A DNA stretch of 64,000 nt from Kiritimatiellia bacterium (lineage in GTDB: Bacteria; Verrucomicrobiota; Kiritimatiellia; RFP12; UBA1067). This document shows, piece after piece, positions 42,055 through 50,436 of this stretch. The stretch is taken from positions 13,588 through 77,587 of the forward strand of contig JAWOEI010000081.1 of the NCBI GenBank assembly GCA_046482825.1. The letters are read 5' to 3'. Numbering within the stretch: the stretch's first letter is position 1; every line of letters starts with the position of its first letter. Made by a program: the position numbers and the translations under genes. Below the pieces are notes generated by a model, which saw only the letters and a program-made list of their open reading frames with translations, was not told the origin of the DNA and searched no databases.

Positions 42055-43242
42055 GTGATTCCCTACAGCAGGCAGTATATTGATGAACAGGACATCAATG
42101 CCGTTATCGATGTTCTCAAAGGCGACTGGTTGACATGTGGTCCAAAGGTTAAAGCTTTTGAAGAGGCTCTGGCTACTCAATGTAATGCAGAACATGCTGT
42201 TGCCGTCAGCAATGGAACTGCGGCACTTCATATAGCCTGTCTGGCAGCCGGGCTGAAAGCTGGCGATCATGCTGTTACGTCCGCTGTTTCTTTTCTGGCA
42301 TCTGCAAACTGTATTGAATATACCGGTGCTGCAACGGGCTTTGCCGATATTGATCCTGAAACAGCCAACCTCTCACCGGAGTCATTACAGTGTGTGTGGC
42401 AACCGAACTCCAAAGCCGTAGTGGCAGTCGATTTTACCGGCCAGCCTTGCGATCTGCCGGCTATTTCTGAATTTGTCAAATCCCATGGTGGAGTTGTTAT
42501 TGAAGATGCGGCACACTCCATAGGAGCATCGATAAGTTATAAAGGCGATTTCTACAAAGTCGGGGGCATGCCATGGGCCGATATGACTACTCTCAGTTTT
42601 CATCCTGTTAAGACCATTACCTGTGGTGAAGGCGGCGCAATCCTGACAAACAATCGCAAACTCGCTGACAAGTGCCGATTACTCCGTTCACATGGCATGT
42701 TTAAAGATAAGAATCTTTTTCAGGGACTCGGTTGCGATAAACTTAATGAATTCGGGCCCTGGTACTACGAGATGACTGAACCCGGTTATAATTATCGTAT
42801 AACAGACATACAATGTGCACTCGGATTATCGCAACTGGACAAACTTGAAAGTTTCATCCAGCGGAGACGGAAAATAGCGTCGCTTTACAAATCTCTATTC
42901 TCTGGCTCCGACATGATCACGCCTTTAACGGAAAGAGAGGAATCTCGCTCCGCCTACCATCTTTATCCTGTTCTTATCGATTTTAATAAAATCCGGATTA
43001 CGCGTACTCAACTCATAATGAAATTAAAGCAACAAGGCATCGGCTCCCAGGTTCATTACATTCCGATTCCTTTGCAACCATATTATCGTCTTAAATACGG
43101 TTTTACAGCAAGGATGTTTCCATACGCCGTAAGCTATTACAGTAAATGCCTATCACTGCCGCTTTACCCATCAATTACAGAAGATCAGATTGTAAAGATA
43201 GCCGAAACTGTACTTGATATAGTGAGCACAAACAGAAAATAA
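42055..43242 (+). CDS. pseC: UDP-4-amino-4,6-dideoxy-N-acetyl-beta-L-altrosamine transaminase (DegT/DnrJ/EryC1 family).
   Basis: PLP-dependent aminotransferase fold with the Lys motif region (SFHPVKTITCGEGG). A GTG start sits 8 nt after an AAGGAG Shine-Dalgarno sequence, giving tight coupling to pseB. Confidence 0.8.
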   Translation: MIPYSRQYIDEQDINAVIDVLKGDWLTCGPKVKAFEEALATQCNAEHAVAVSNGTAALHIACLAAGLKAGDHAVTSAVSFLASANCIEYTGAATGFADIDPETANLSPESLQCVWQPNSKAVVAVDFTGQPCDLPAISEFVKSHGGVVIEDAAHSIGASISYKGDFYKVGGMPWADMTTLSFHPVKTITCGEGGAILTNNRKLADKCRLLRSHGMFKDKNLFQGLGCDKLNEFGPWYYEMTEPGYNYRITDIQCALGLSQLDKLESFIQRRRKIASLYKSLFSGSDMITPLTEREESRSAYHLYPVLIDFNKIRITRTQLIMKLKQQGIGSQVHYIPIPLQPYYRLKYGFTARMFPYAVSYYSKCLSLPLYPSITEDQIVKIAETVLDIVSTNRK

Positions 43243-43243
43243 T

Positions 43244-43972
43244 ATGCAGACAGAAAATAAAGCCATAGCTATTATCCCGGCAAGAGGCGGATCTAAAAGA
43301 ATACCTCGCAAGAATATCCGTGATTTCTGTGGCAAACCTATGATCATATATTCGATTGAGACAGCATTAAAATCAAATTTATTTTCCGACGTAATTGTTT
43401 CCACAGACGATCAGGAGATTGCGGATATAGCACAAAAGGCAGGTGCCGAAATTCCCTTTCTGCGACCGATCAGCCTCTCGGACGATTTCACCGGCACCGA
43501 TGCGGTGCTTATGCACGCACTGACCAACCATCCCGGGCCGCTACCTCGATATGCATGTTGCATCTACGCTACCGCCCCTTTTGTCACTCCTGAAGATTTG
43601 CGGAAGGGACTTCAACTGCTTATCAAACACGATGCAACAACTGCAATATCGGTGACACACTTTCCCTATTGCATCCATAGGGCACTCACTGTCAATCCAA
43701 TCGGCAAGCTTCAAATGATCTGGCCACACAACTATGCCAAACGCTCACAGGATTTTCCTGAAGCAATGCACGATGCAGGTCAATTCTACTGGATGAAAAC
43801 AAAAGGTTATCTGCAACAAAAAAAGATGTTCAACACTAATTCCATCCCGGTCCCACTCCACCGAAAACAAGTTCAGGACATTGACACAGTTGAGGACTGG
43901 GAATTTGCGGAAATACTGTATAAAGCGCAACACACCTGCGACACAGGAGCTGCGGAACATCGTTATGAGTGA
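43244..43972 (+). CDS. pseF: CMP-pseudaminic acid synthetase (acylneuraminate cytidylyltransferase family).
   Basis: AIIPARGGSKRIPRKN cytidylyltransferase motif. 242 aa. Confidence 0.8.
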   Translation: MQTENKAIAIIPARGGSKRIPRKNIRDFCGKPMIIYSIETALKSNLFSDVIVSTDDQEIADIAQKAGAEIPFLRPISLSDDFTGTDAVLMHALTNHPGPLPRYACCIYATAPFVTPEDLRKGLQLLIKHDATTAISVTHFPYCIHRALTVNPIGKLQMIWPHNYAKRSQDFPEAMHDAGQFYWMKTKGYLQQKKMFNTNSIPVPLHRKQVQDIDTVEDWEFAEILYKAQHTCDTGAAEHRYE

Positions 43973-45038
43973 CGCTAATTTCTTAATAAGAACTGATGCA
44001 TCAGCTTCGATAGGCTCAGGACACATCATGCGTTGCATTGCACTGGCTGAGAAGATACATTGCAAAGGTTTTAATGTTTATTTTCTGTCCTGCTCTGCAC
44101 CGGATATGATAACCGGGAATGTAAAGGACAGAGGTTTTTACTATGAACCTCTTCTGACATATCCGAGAGGATCGGATCAGGATGCCATCCAAACCGCAAA
44201 AACAGCTGATTCACTGAAAGCCGGATGGATTATTTTTGATGGTTATTCATTTAACGAAGAATATCTGAACATTATAAGAAAGCAAACGCCTGCGCATGTT
44301 CTTTATGTGGATGATTACGCATGTCTCGCACATTATCCTGTTGACATACTTCTCAACCAGAACTCTTCCGCACAACAGTTTAATTACCAATCCGATACAC
44401 ACACCCAACTGTTGCTGGGCTCCCGATACACTATGATAAGGAGTGAATTTAAGAAATACAGGAAGCCCGAACCGGAAATCACTGATAATCAAATTAAGAT
44501 TTTAATCACTATGGGCGGCAGTGATCCATCCGGTATGAGTTTGCAGACTCTGAATGCAGTAAAAAAATCTGAACAAAGAAATATTGTCGTAAAACTAATC
44601 GCCGGATCAATGAACCCCATGCTAAAAGAGATCAGAGAAACTGCAAGAGCTTTTGACAAATCAATCTCTGTAATTGATAATAGTAAGGATATGGGATCTT
44701 TGATCAAGTGGGCTGACATTGTTATTTCCGCCGCCGGGAGCACGTGCTGGGAGATCTGCTATCTGGGAACACCCTGCATTGTGATTGTAACAGCAGACAA
44801 CCAGTTAGCGACAGCGGATGACCTGGCCAGAAGAGAGTGCGCTGTTAACCTTGGGTGGCATAACAGATTATCCTGTGCGAAAATAGCATCCAGCCTTGAA
44901 AACTTAATCGGAGATCTTGCCCTGCGAAAGCGCATGTCACATAATCAGAGAGCTTTGATAGACGGCTGTGGAGCGCAACGGGTATTGGAGGCCATGTGTT
45001 CATACACCACTTGCCCTCCAAGCCGCACAACCTTCTGA
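43965..45038 (+). CDS. pseG: UDP-2,4-diacetamido-2,4,6-trideoxy-beta-L-altropyranose hydrolase.
   Basis: PseG-type GT-B (MurG-like) fold with the N-terminal IRTDASASIGSGHIMRC motif. Its start overlaps the pseF stop by 8 nt. Confidence 0.75.
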   Translation: MSDANFLIRTDASASIGSGHIMRCIALAEKIHCKGFNVYFLSCSAPDMITGNVKDRGFYYEPLLTYPRGSDQDAIQTAKTADSLKAGWIIFDGYSFNEEYLNIIRKQTPAHVLYVDDYACLAHYPVDILLNQNSSAQQFNYQSDTHTQLLLGSRYTMIRSEFKKYRKPEPEITDNQIKILITMGGSDPSGMSLQTLNAVKKSEQRNIVVKLIAGSMNPMLKEIRETARAFDKSISVIDNSKDMGSLIKWADIVISAAGSTCWEICYLGTPCIVIVTADNQLATADDLARRECAVNLGWHNRLSCAKIASSLENLIGDLALRKRMSHNQRALIDGCGAQRVLEAMCSYTTCPPSRTTF

Positions 45039-45054
45039 TGAGACAGGAACTTGT

Positions 45055-46089
45055 ATGATTTTTAATAATAACAAAACACTAATTGTTGCAGAGATATCAG
45101 CCAACCACAACGGCTCGCTGCAACGGGCAATAGATATCATAACAGCCGCTGCCGAATCGGGAGCTGACGCGATCAAGTTGCAAACGTATACAGCCGACAC
45201 ACTCACAATCGACTGTGACAACGAGTATTTCAAAATAAAGGGCACTCAGTGGGCAGGGAAAAGCCTGTATGAACTTTACAGCAAAGCCTTCACTCCCTGG
45301 GAATGGCATCAAGAACTTTTTGATCATGCGAAGAGCCTCGGGCTTACAGCATTCTCCACTCCGTTCGACAACACTGCTGTCGATTTTCTTGAAACACTGC
45401 ACGTCCCCTGCCATAAAGTCGCATCATTTGAACTGGTGGACATACCGCTGCTCAGAAAGATCGGATCTACCGGCAAGCCCGTAATCATGTCAACCGGCAT
45501 GGCAACGCTTGAGGAGATTACAGAAGCGGTTGAAACCTTACGCAACTCCGGCTGTAACGATCTTACACTCCTGAAATGCACCAGCGCATATCCTGCAAAA
45601 CCGAAAGATGCCAATTTGCGTACAATTCCGAACATGAAAGAGCGATTCGACTGCCGGGTCGGATTATCAGACCACACCATGGGCATTGCGGTACCGATCG
45701 CGGCGGTAGCTCTCGGAGCCAAGGTCATTGAAAAACACTTTACAATCAGCAGAAAAGAGATCGGGCCGGACTCAAACTTCTCGCTTGAGCCCGAAGAATT
45801 CAATGATATGGTCAACACAATAAGAGCGGTTGACGCAGCATTGGGAGATATTACATATTTTTCACCCGATGCCGAGACAGAAACCCGCAAACTCAGACGT
45901 TCTCTCTTTGCAGTAAAAGATATCAAGGAAGGGGAACCATTCACATCTAAAAATGTCAGATCAATCAGACCTGGATATGGTTTGCCCCCCGGAGAACAGG
46001 ACAAAGTTATGCAAAGCATCGCGAAATGTGACATTAGAAAAGGCACACCACTAACCCATTCATTATTAATGAAAAGCAAACAACATTAA
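45055..46089 (+). CDS. pseI: Pseudaminic acid synthase (NeuB family).
   Basis: NeuB TIM-barrel motifs (IAEISANHNG, KLQTY) and a C-terminal antifreeze-like SAF domain. Confidence 0.8.
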   Translation: MIFNNNKTLIVAEISANHNGSLQRAIDIITAAAESGADAIKLQTYTADTLTIDCDNEYFKIKGTQWAGKSLYELYSKAFTPWEWHQELFDHAKSLGLTAFSTPFDNTAVDFLETLHVPCHKVASFELVDIPLLRKIGSTGKPVIMSTGMATLEEITEAVETLRNSGCNDLTLLKCTSAYPAKPKDANLRTIPNMKERFDCRVGLSDHTMGIAVPIAAVALGAKVIEKHFTISRKEIGPDSNFSLEPEEFNDMVNTIRAVDAALGDITYFSPDAETETRKLRRSLFAVKDIKEGEPFTSKNVRSIRPGYGLPPGEQDKVMQSIAKCDIRKGTPLTHSLLMKSKQH

Positions 46090-46101
46090 AAGGCTGTACT
46101 T

Positions 46102-47430
46102 ATGAATGTGCTTATCCTAGGTTTTCATGTTGATGAAACTGTGCATAATTTAAAAAAACTCAATCCTGACTGGAGTGTAATCTGGATCGGCAAAAAATGG
46201 CAGCGGGATAAATATGTTGATTGTCAGTTCTGTTATGAAGATTTGCAATACGGTCATACAAGCGAACAAACATATTCAGGTGCTTATAGCAGCATATATA
46301 ATGAAGTTTTCAGAAACTTCATATATTATCTGAGAATGATGACACGAGTTTCAGGTGAGGGGTGGTGTGACTGGACTTTCCAAGAGTATATAAATCTGTT
46401 CAACCTGCATTTTGACTTCTTTGCAAAATTGTTTGAAGAGCATAAGTTCGAGGTTGTTCTTTTTTCCAACATTGCTCATGAAGGTTTTGATTGTATGGCT
46501 TATCTGATAGCAAAGTCATTGAATATAAAAACTATAATGCCCGTACAGTCGCCATTTAAAAACAGATTTTATTGCATAGAAACAGCGGAGGATATTGGCT
46601 ATTTCAAGAAAATGCCAACTTTTGAAACACCTGCGCCACAACACATTGAGAAACGGCATTTTAAACATCAACCCTATCTGCCTTCACGCCCGCCCTACGG
46701 TATTGATTGGCGTACAGCTAAAAATATCATCCATCTGTTCTTTGATAAGGGCCCGGCTCGGTTGCTGATGCGCTACCACCGCATACGACGCTACAACAAA
46801 AATCGTGAGACGCTGCAACGCACCAATGAGATTGATTTCAACCGCCAATATATCTACTTTGCACTGCATATGCAGCCGGAATTGACAACCTCCGCTATTG
46901 GTGATATTTACGAGGATCAACTCCTGGCGATTGAACGCCTTTCGCAGCAAATACCATCTGACTGGATTATTTATGTAAAAGAGAATCCTACTCAGACTGA
47001 ACAATACAGAGGTAACCTTTTTTTCCGCAGATTACGTAAGATAGCTAATGCTGTGATGGTATCCCCTGCGACCGACACTTACAAGCTTATCGAACATTCT
47101 CAATTTGTCGCCACGATAACCGGCACAGTCGGCTGGGAAGCAATAACTGGCGGAAAGAATGTCCTGATATTCGGTCATGCCTGGTACCGTGAGCTACCCG
47201 GCGTTTTCGAATACAAACAACCGTTAAACCCTTATGAAATAAGTTCCTATAAAATCAACCACTCTGAGCTACAAAACAAAGTAGGCCTGATGCATTCCAA
47301 AATGCTTCCCGGCGTTGTCAATCTAAGCTACTCAATCCTGTGCGACAACTTTGACCCTGCTGTAAATTCATTGACAGTTGCTGAAAGCATAACACAATTT
47401 ATCAACACGGTCTGCACTGACAAGTCATAA
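46102..47430 (+). CDS. KpsS/KpsC-like (Capsule_synth family) glycosyltransferase, paralog 1. Putative nonulosonic-acid (pseudaminyl) transferase.
   Basis: GT-B-like C-terminal half (YFALHMQPELTTS...ATITGTVGWEAITGGKNVLIFG) resembling capsule polysaccharide biosynthesis proteins. The gene is AT-rich. Confidence 0.45.
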   Translation: MNVLILGFHVDETVHNLKKLNPDWSVIWIGKKWQRDKYVDCQFCYEDLQYGHTSEQTYSGAYSSIYNEVFRNFIYYLRMMTRVSGEGWCDWTFQEYINLFNLHFDFFAKLFEEHKFEVVLFSNIAHEGFDCMAYLIAKSLNIKTIMPVQSPFKNRFYCIETAEDIGYFKKMPTFETPAPQHIEKRHFKHQPYLPSRPPYGIDWRTAKNIIHLFFDKGPARLLMRYHRIRRYNKNRETLQRTNEIDFNRQYIYFALHMQPELTTSAIGDIYEDQLLAIERLSQQIPSDWIIYVKENPTQTEQYRGNLFFRRLRKIANAVMVSPATDTYKLIEHSQFVATITGTVGWEAITGGKNVLIFGHAWYRELPGVFEYKQPLNPYEISSYKINHSELQNKVGLMHSKMLPGVVNLSYSILCDNFDPAVNSLTVAESITQFINTVCTDKS

Positions 47431-47447
47431 ACAATGACACAATTATT

Positions 47448-48971
47448 ATGATCCACCTCTTTTATTCATCCACGGCTATATACCGTTCGTTTCTACTATT
47501 GCTTGACGAAGCTGAAAAAGTGCTCCGGGCTGACGAAACACCGATTTTCCTGATTTGTGATGGAGTCCTGACAAAATACTGCTTTTCAAATGTTTCAGGA
47601 AATCCTGTCATGTGTAAACTCTGCCGATGGATGCGCAAACAGGGATTTAAAGCACTCTCTGACAAAGTGGAGATAATCACAACTTCGTCATTGTTCAAAA
47701 CGGATGAAATTGAACGCATAGAGCAAACTGCTTTCAAATATAATTCGGTTAAGGACATTTTTGGCATCAAATACAAGGGAGTTGATATAGGCTATGCTTC
47801 AATTTCGCATTACATTTCCTGTACACGTAATTACGAACCCACTCTGACCCCCCGGTTAAGACATATCATTGACGGATTTCTGCGCACTTCGATATATCTG
47901 ACAGATGCTATTGAAAAGATTACTGACAATCATTCCGTTGCTTCAGTTTCAATTTTCAACGGAAGAACATTTGATTCACGCCCAATTCTGCGAAAATGTG
48001 TAGAACGCCAAATCACAACACTGGTTTATGAGGTTAAAACTACAGATAACCAGCTTCGTAAAATACATTTTCTGAATTCCCTGCCCCACAATGTTGCGAT
48101 GCAAGGAAAACTGATAAGAGAAATCTGGGCCAAAGCAATCAGAAAGGACAGAGACGTAGCCATGAGAACTGCCGAGTCGTTCTTTAAGAAACGACGCAAC
48201 GGCATGAGTGCTGGTGATAAGATTTACACTGGGTCTCAAGATCCCGGATTACTTCCCGAAGGATGGAACAGTAAAAAAACAAATATTGTATTCTTTTCAA
48301 GCTCCGAGGACGAATTTGCATCAATTGACAGAATCTGGGATAGCTACAAATTCGCTCCGTCTCAAAGTGAGAGCGTCAAAGCAGCTGCTTCAATACTGCA
48401 GAAACACAAAGATAAATTTAAGTTCTGGATCAGACTCCATCCAAATTTAAAGGGAGTACCCTATGCTTACCACACCGATTTTTATAAACTGGAACAACAA
48501 TTTGACAATCTTTCTGTTATTGCACCGGAATCACCCGTAAGTACTTACACTCTTATCGACAATGCGGATAAGGTAATTGTTTCAGGTTCAACAGTAGGCA
48601 TTGAAAGCGTATATTGGCAAAAACCTGTGATTCTTCTGGGCCCAGCTTATTATCGTGACCTCGACGCATGTTACATACCTGCTGACACCAAGCAGCTGGA
48701 AGAGTTACTTGTGAAACATCTTCCGGTCAAGGATATAACCCCCGCCCTGCAATACGGATACTATATAGTCGGTGAATTCGGAGAACCTTTCGCCTTTATC
48801 GATATAAGCACATTCTGGTTGGATTTTGCCCTTAAACCGGTAATTCGAAATGATAAACGCCGCAAAAAAACAGTTGCGGCACTTCTGCCATGGTTCAACC
48901 GAAATGTCGGTTTTATTCAAAAATGCTTTCATGCAAACGCTAAAAAACAATTGAAAAACTCTGAAAATTGA
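47448..48971 (+). CDS. KpsS/KpsC-like (Capsule_synth family) glycosyltransferase, paralog 2.
   Basis: Same architecture as the upstream gene (IVFFSSSEDE...VIVSGSTVGIESVYWQKPVILLG). 507 aa. Confidence 0.4.
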   Translation: MIHLFYSSTAIYRSFLLLLDEAEKVLRADETPIFLICDGVLTKYCFSNVSGNPVMCKLCRWMRKQGFKALSDKVEIITTSSLFKTDEIERIEQTAFKYNSVKDIFGIKYKGVDIGYASISHYISCTRNYEPTLTPRLRHIIDGFLRTSIYLTDAIEKITDNHSVASVSIFNGRTFDSRPILRKCVERQITTLVYEVKTTDNQLRKIHFLNSLPHNVAMQGKLIREIWAKAIRKDRDVAMRTAESFFKKRRNGMSAGDKIYTGSQDPGLLPEGWNSKKTNIVFFSSSEDEFASIDRIWDSYKFAPSQSESVKAAASILQKHKDKFKFWIRLHPNLKGVPYAYHTDFYKLEQQFDNLSVIAPESPVSTYTLIDNADKVIVSGSTVGIESVYWQKPVILLGPAYYRDLDACYIPADTKQLEELLVKHLPVKDITPALQYGYYIVGEFGEPFAFIDISTFWLDFALKPVIRNDKRRKKTVAALLPWFNRNVGFIQKCFHANAKKQLKNSEN

Positions 48972-49040
48972 AAAAACAACAAGTCCTGTTTTCATTTGCG
49001 TTTTTACCAGATAAATCTATGCATATCTGCGTCACTACTT

Positions 49041-50402
49041 TTATCTGACTGCTGTTTTTTTTGATAAATCAGTATAATGCTTAAAGAGCGACAAGCTCAT
49101 TGCAAAAAAATTAATCGCCGCAAAAAATGCAACAAATTTAAGAATGAAACTCAAGCGGGCGGGTTCTAATGAAAGTACTGCTTCAATCCATGATAGCGGT
49201 AGAATATTTTTAAAGAAAGCAAAGCCTGTAACACCGTACAGAACTAACGACTGAAGCAGACACATTCCACTGTAAAAATAAACATAAGTAAAACGACGAC
49301 AAGCCAACTCATACGTAATAAAACATGTTATCAGAGCACGTACACACTGAATTCCTGTTAACAAAGACATCTGCGGCGACAATTTCTGGTAGTTTTTCCA
49401 GGTTTCCGTCAGGCCTAGAATAAAATCCCCGAAAAAAACAAAACAAATTGTAAGACCCAAACCACCGATTGTTATCAGCACTAAAGACTGCAAAAGCATT
49501 TTTATTGAATTTTTGCCCTGTTCATGGCGCTCTGCCACAAAAGGGAACATCACAAACACCAAGGCATTGCCAAGATAACATCCCACATCAGAAAAACGCG
49601 AGATAATATAATACCCAGCTGAATCAAAAACCGGTAATCTGTGTCGGATTACAAAAGTAATTGTTGTACTGGCTAAAAGCCCCAGCAAAGTCAGGCATGC
49701 TACGGGCAAAGTGTAACGTAACATACCCGCGCCATCAGTACGCATGTATGATACTTTTGTGATCGACACGTGAAAAAAGCGTCGTAAACGCCAGAATATC
49801 AAGCCTAAACTGTATATCAGAGGAATTATATTAGCAATAAAATAGCCTGTTAATCCTTTTGCCGGCAAAATAAACAGCATTAACACAAAACGAATCGGTG
49901 CTGTCAATACAGTCATCAACGTAATTGCCCGGAAATCTTTCAGCGCCTGCAATGCTGTCGTAAACATGGGAATCAATGTTCGTAAAACTCCCAGAATTAT
50001 TATCACTACAGCAAGTCTGATATCACCAATGCGCAATCTTTCAAAAATAGCTGGCATGGCTATTCTTGCGTAAATTGCAATCACTACTAAAACCAAAATT
50101 GAAAGCTTACAAAGATCCTGAAACATGCCTTTAACTTTGCCATATTCGTTTTTTGCAGCAAACATGTTGACATATTTATTAAAGGGAGTCGCCAAAATTG
50201 CAAAAGGCAGACTTAAAATCGATCCGATATTTAAAAGTGGCAAAACCGCACCAAGCTGATCCTGGGCAATATAACGAGGAACAAACCACAGACCTAATAA
50301 CATATTGATTACATCGCCAATTCTTTGTGCGATAAATATAATGATCGAATACCACCACAAAACACCGATTTTGGTTTTTATTCTGTATAACTTTGAAATC
50401 AT
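49041..50402 (-). CDS. wzx: Polysaccharide flippase of the MOP superfamily (Wzx-like).
   Basis: About 12-14 TM helices and a Wzx-like length (453 aa) and composition. The exact start is uncertain. Confidence 0.65.
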   Translation of the reverse strand: MISKLYRIKTKIGVLWWYSIIIFIAQRIGDVINMLLGLWFVPRYIAQDQLGAVLPLLNIGSILSLPFAILATPFNKYVNMFAAKNEYGKVKGMFQDLCKLSILVLVVIAIYARIAMPAIFERLRIGDIRLAVVIIILGVLRTLIPMFTTALQALKDFRAITLMTVLTAPIRFVLMLFILPAKGLTGYFIANIIPLIYSLGLIFWRLRRFFHVSITKVSYMRTDGAGMLRYTLPVACLTLLGLLASTTITFVIRHRLPVFDSAGYYIISRFSDVGCYLGNALVFVMFPFVAERHEQGKNSIKMLLQSLVLITIGGLGLTICFVFFGDFILGLTETWKNYQKLSPQMSLLTGIQCVRALITCFITYELACRRFTYVYFYSGMCLLQSLVLYGVTGFAFFKNILPLSWIEAVLSLEPARLSFILKFVAFFAAINFFAMSLSLFKHYTDLSKKTAVR

Positions 50403-50436
50403 GTTAAATGGTACTCAGTGATATATCTAAATATTT

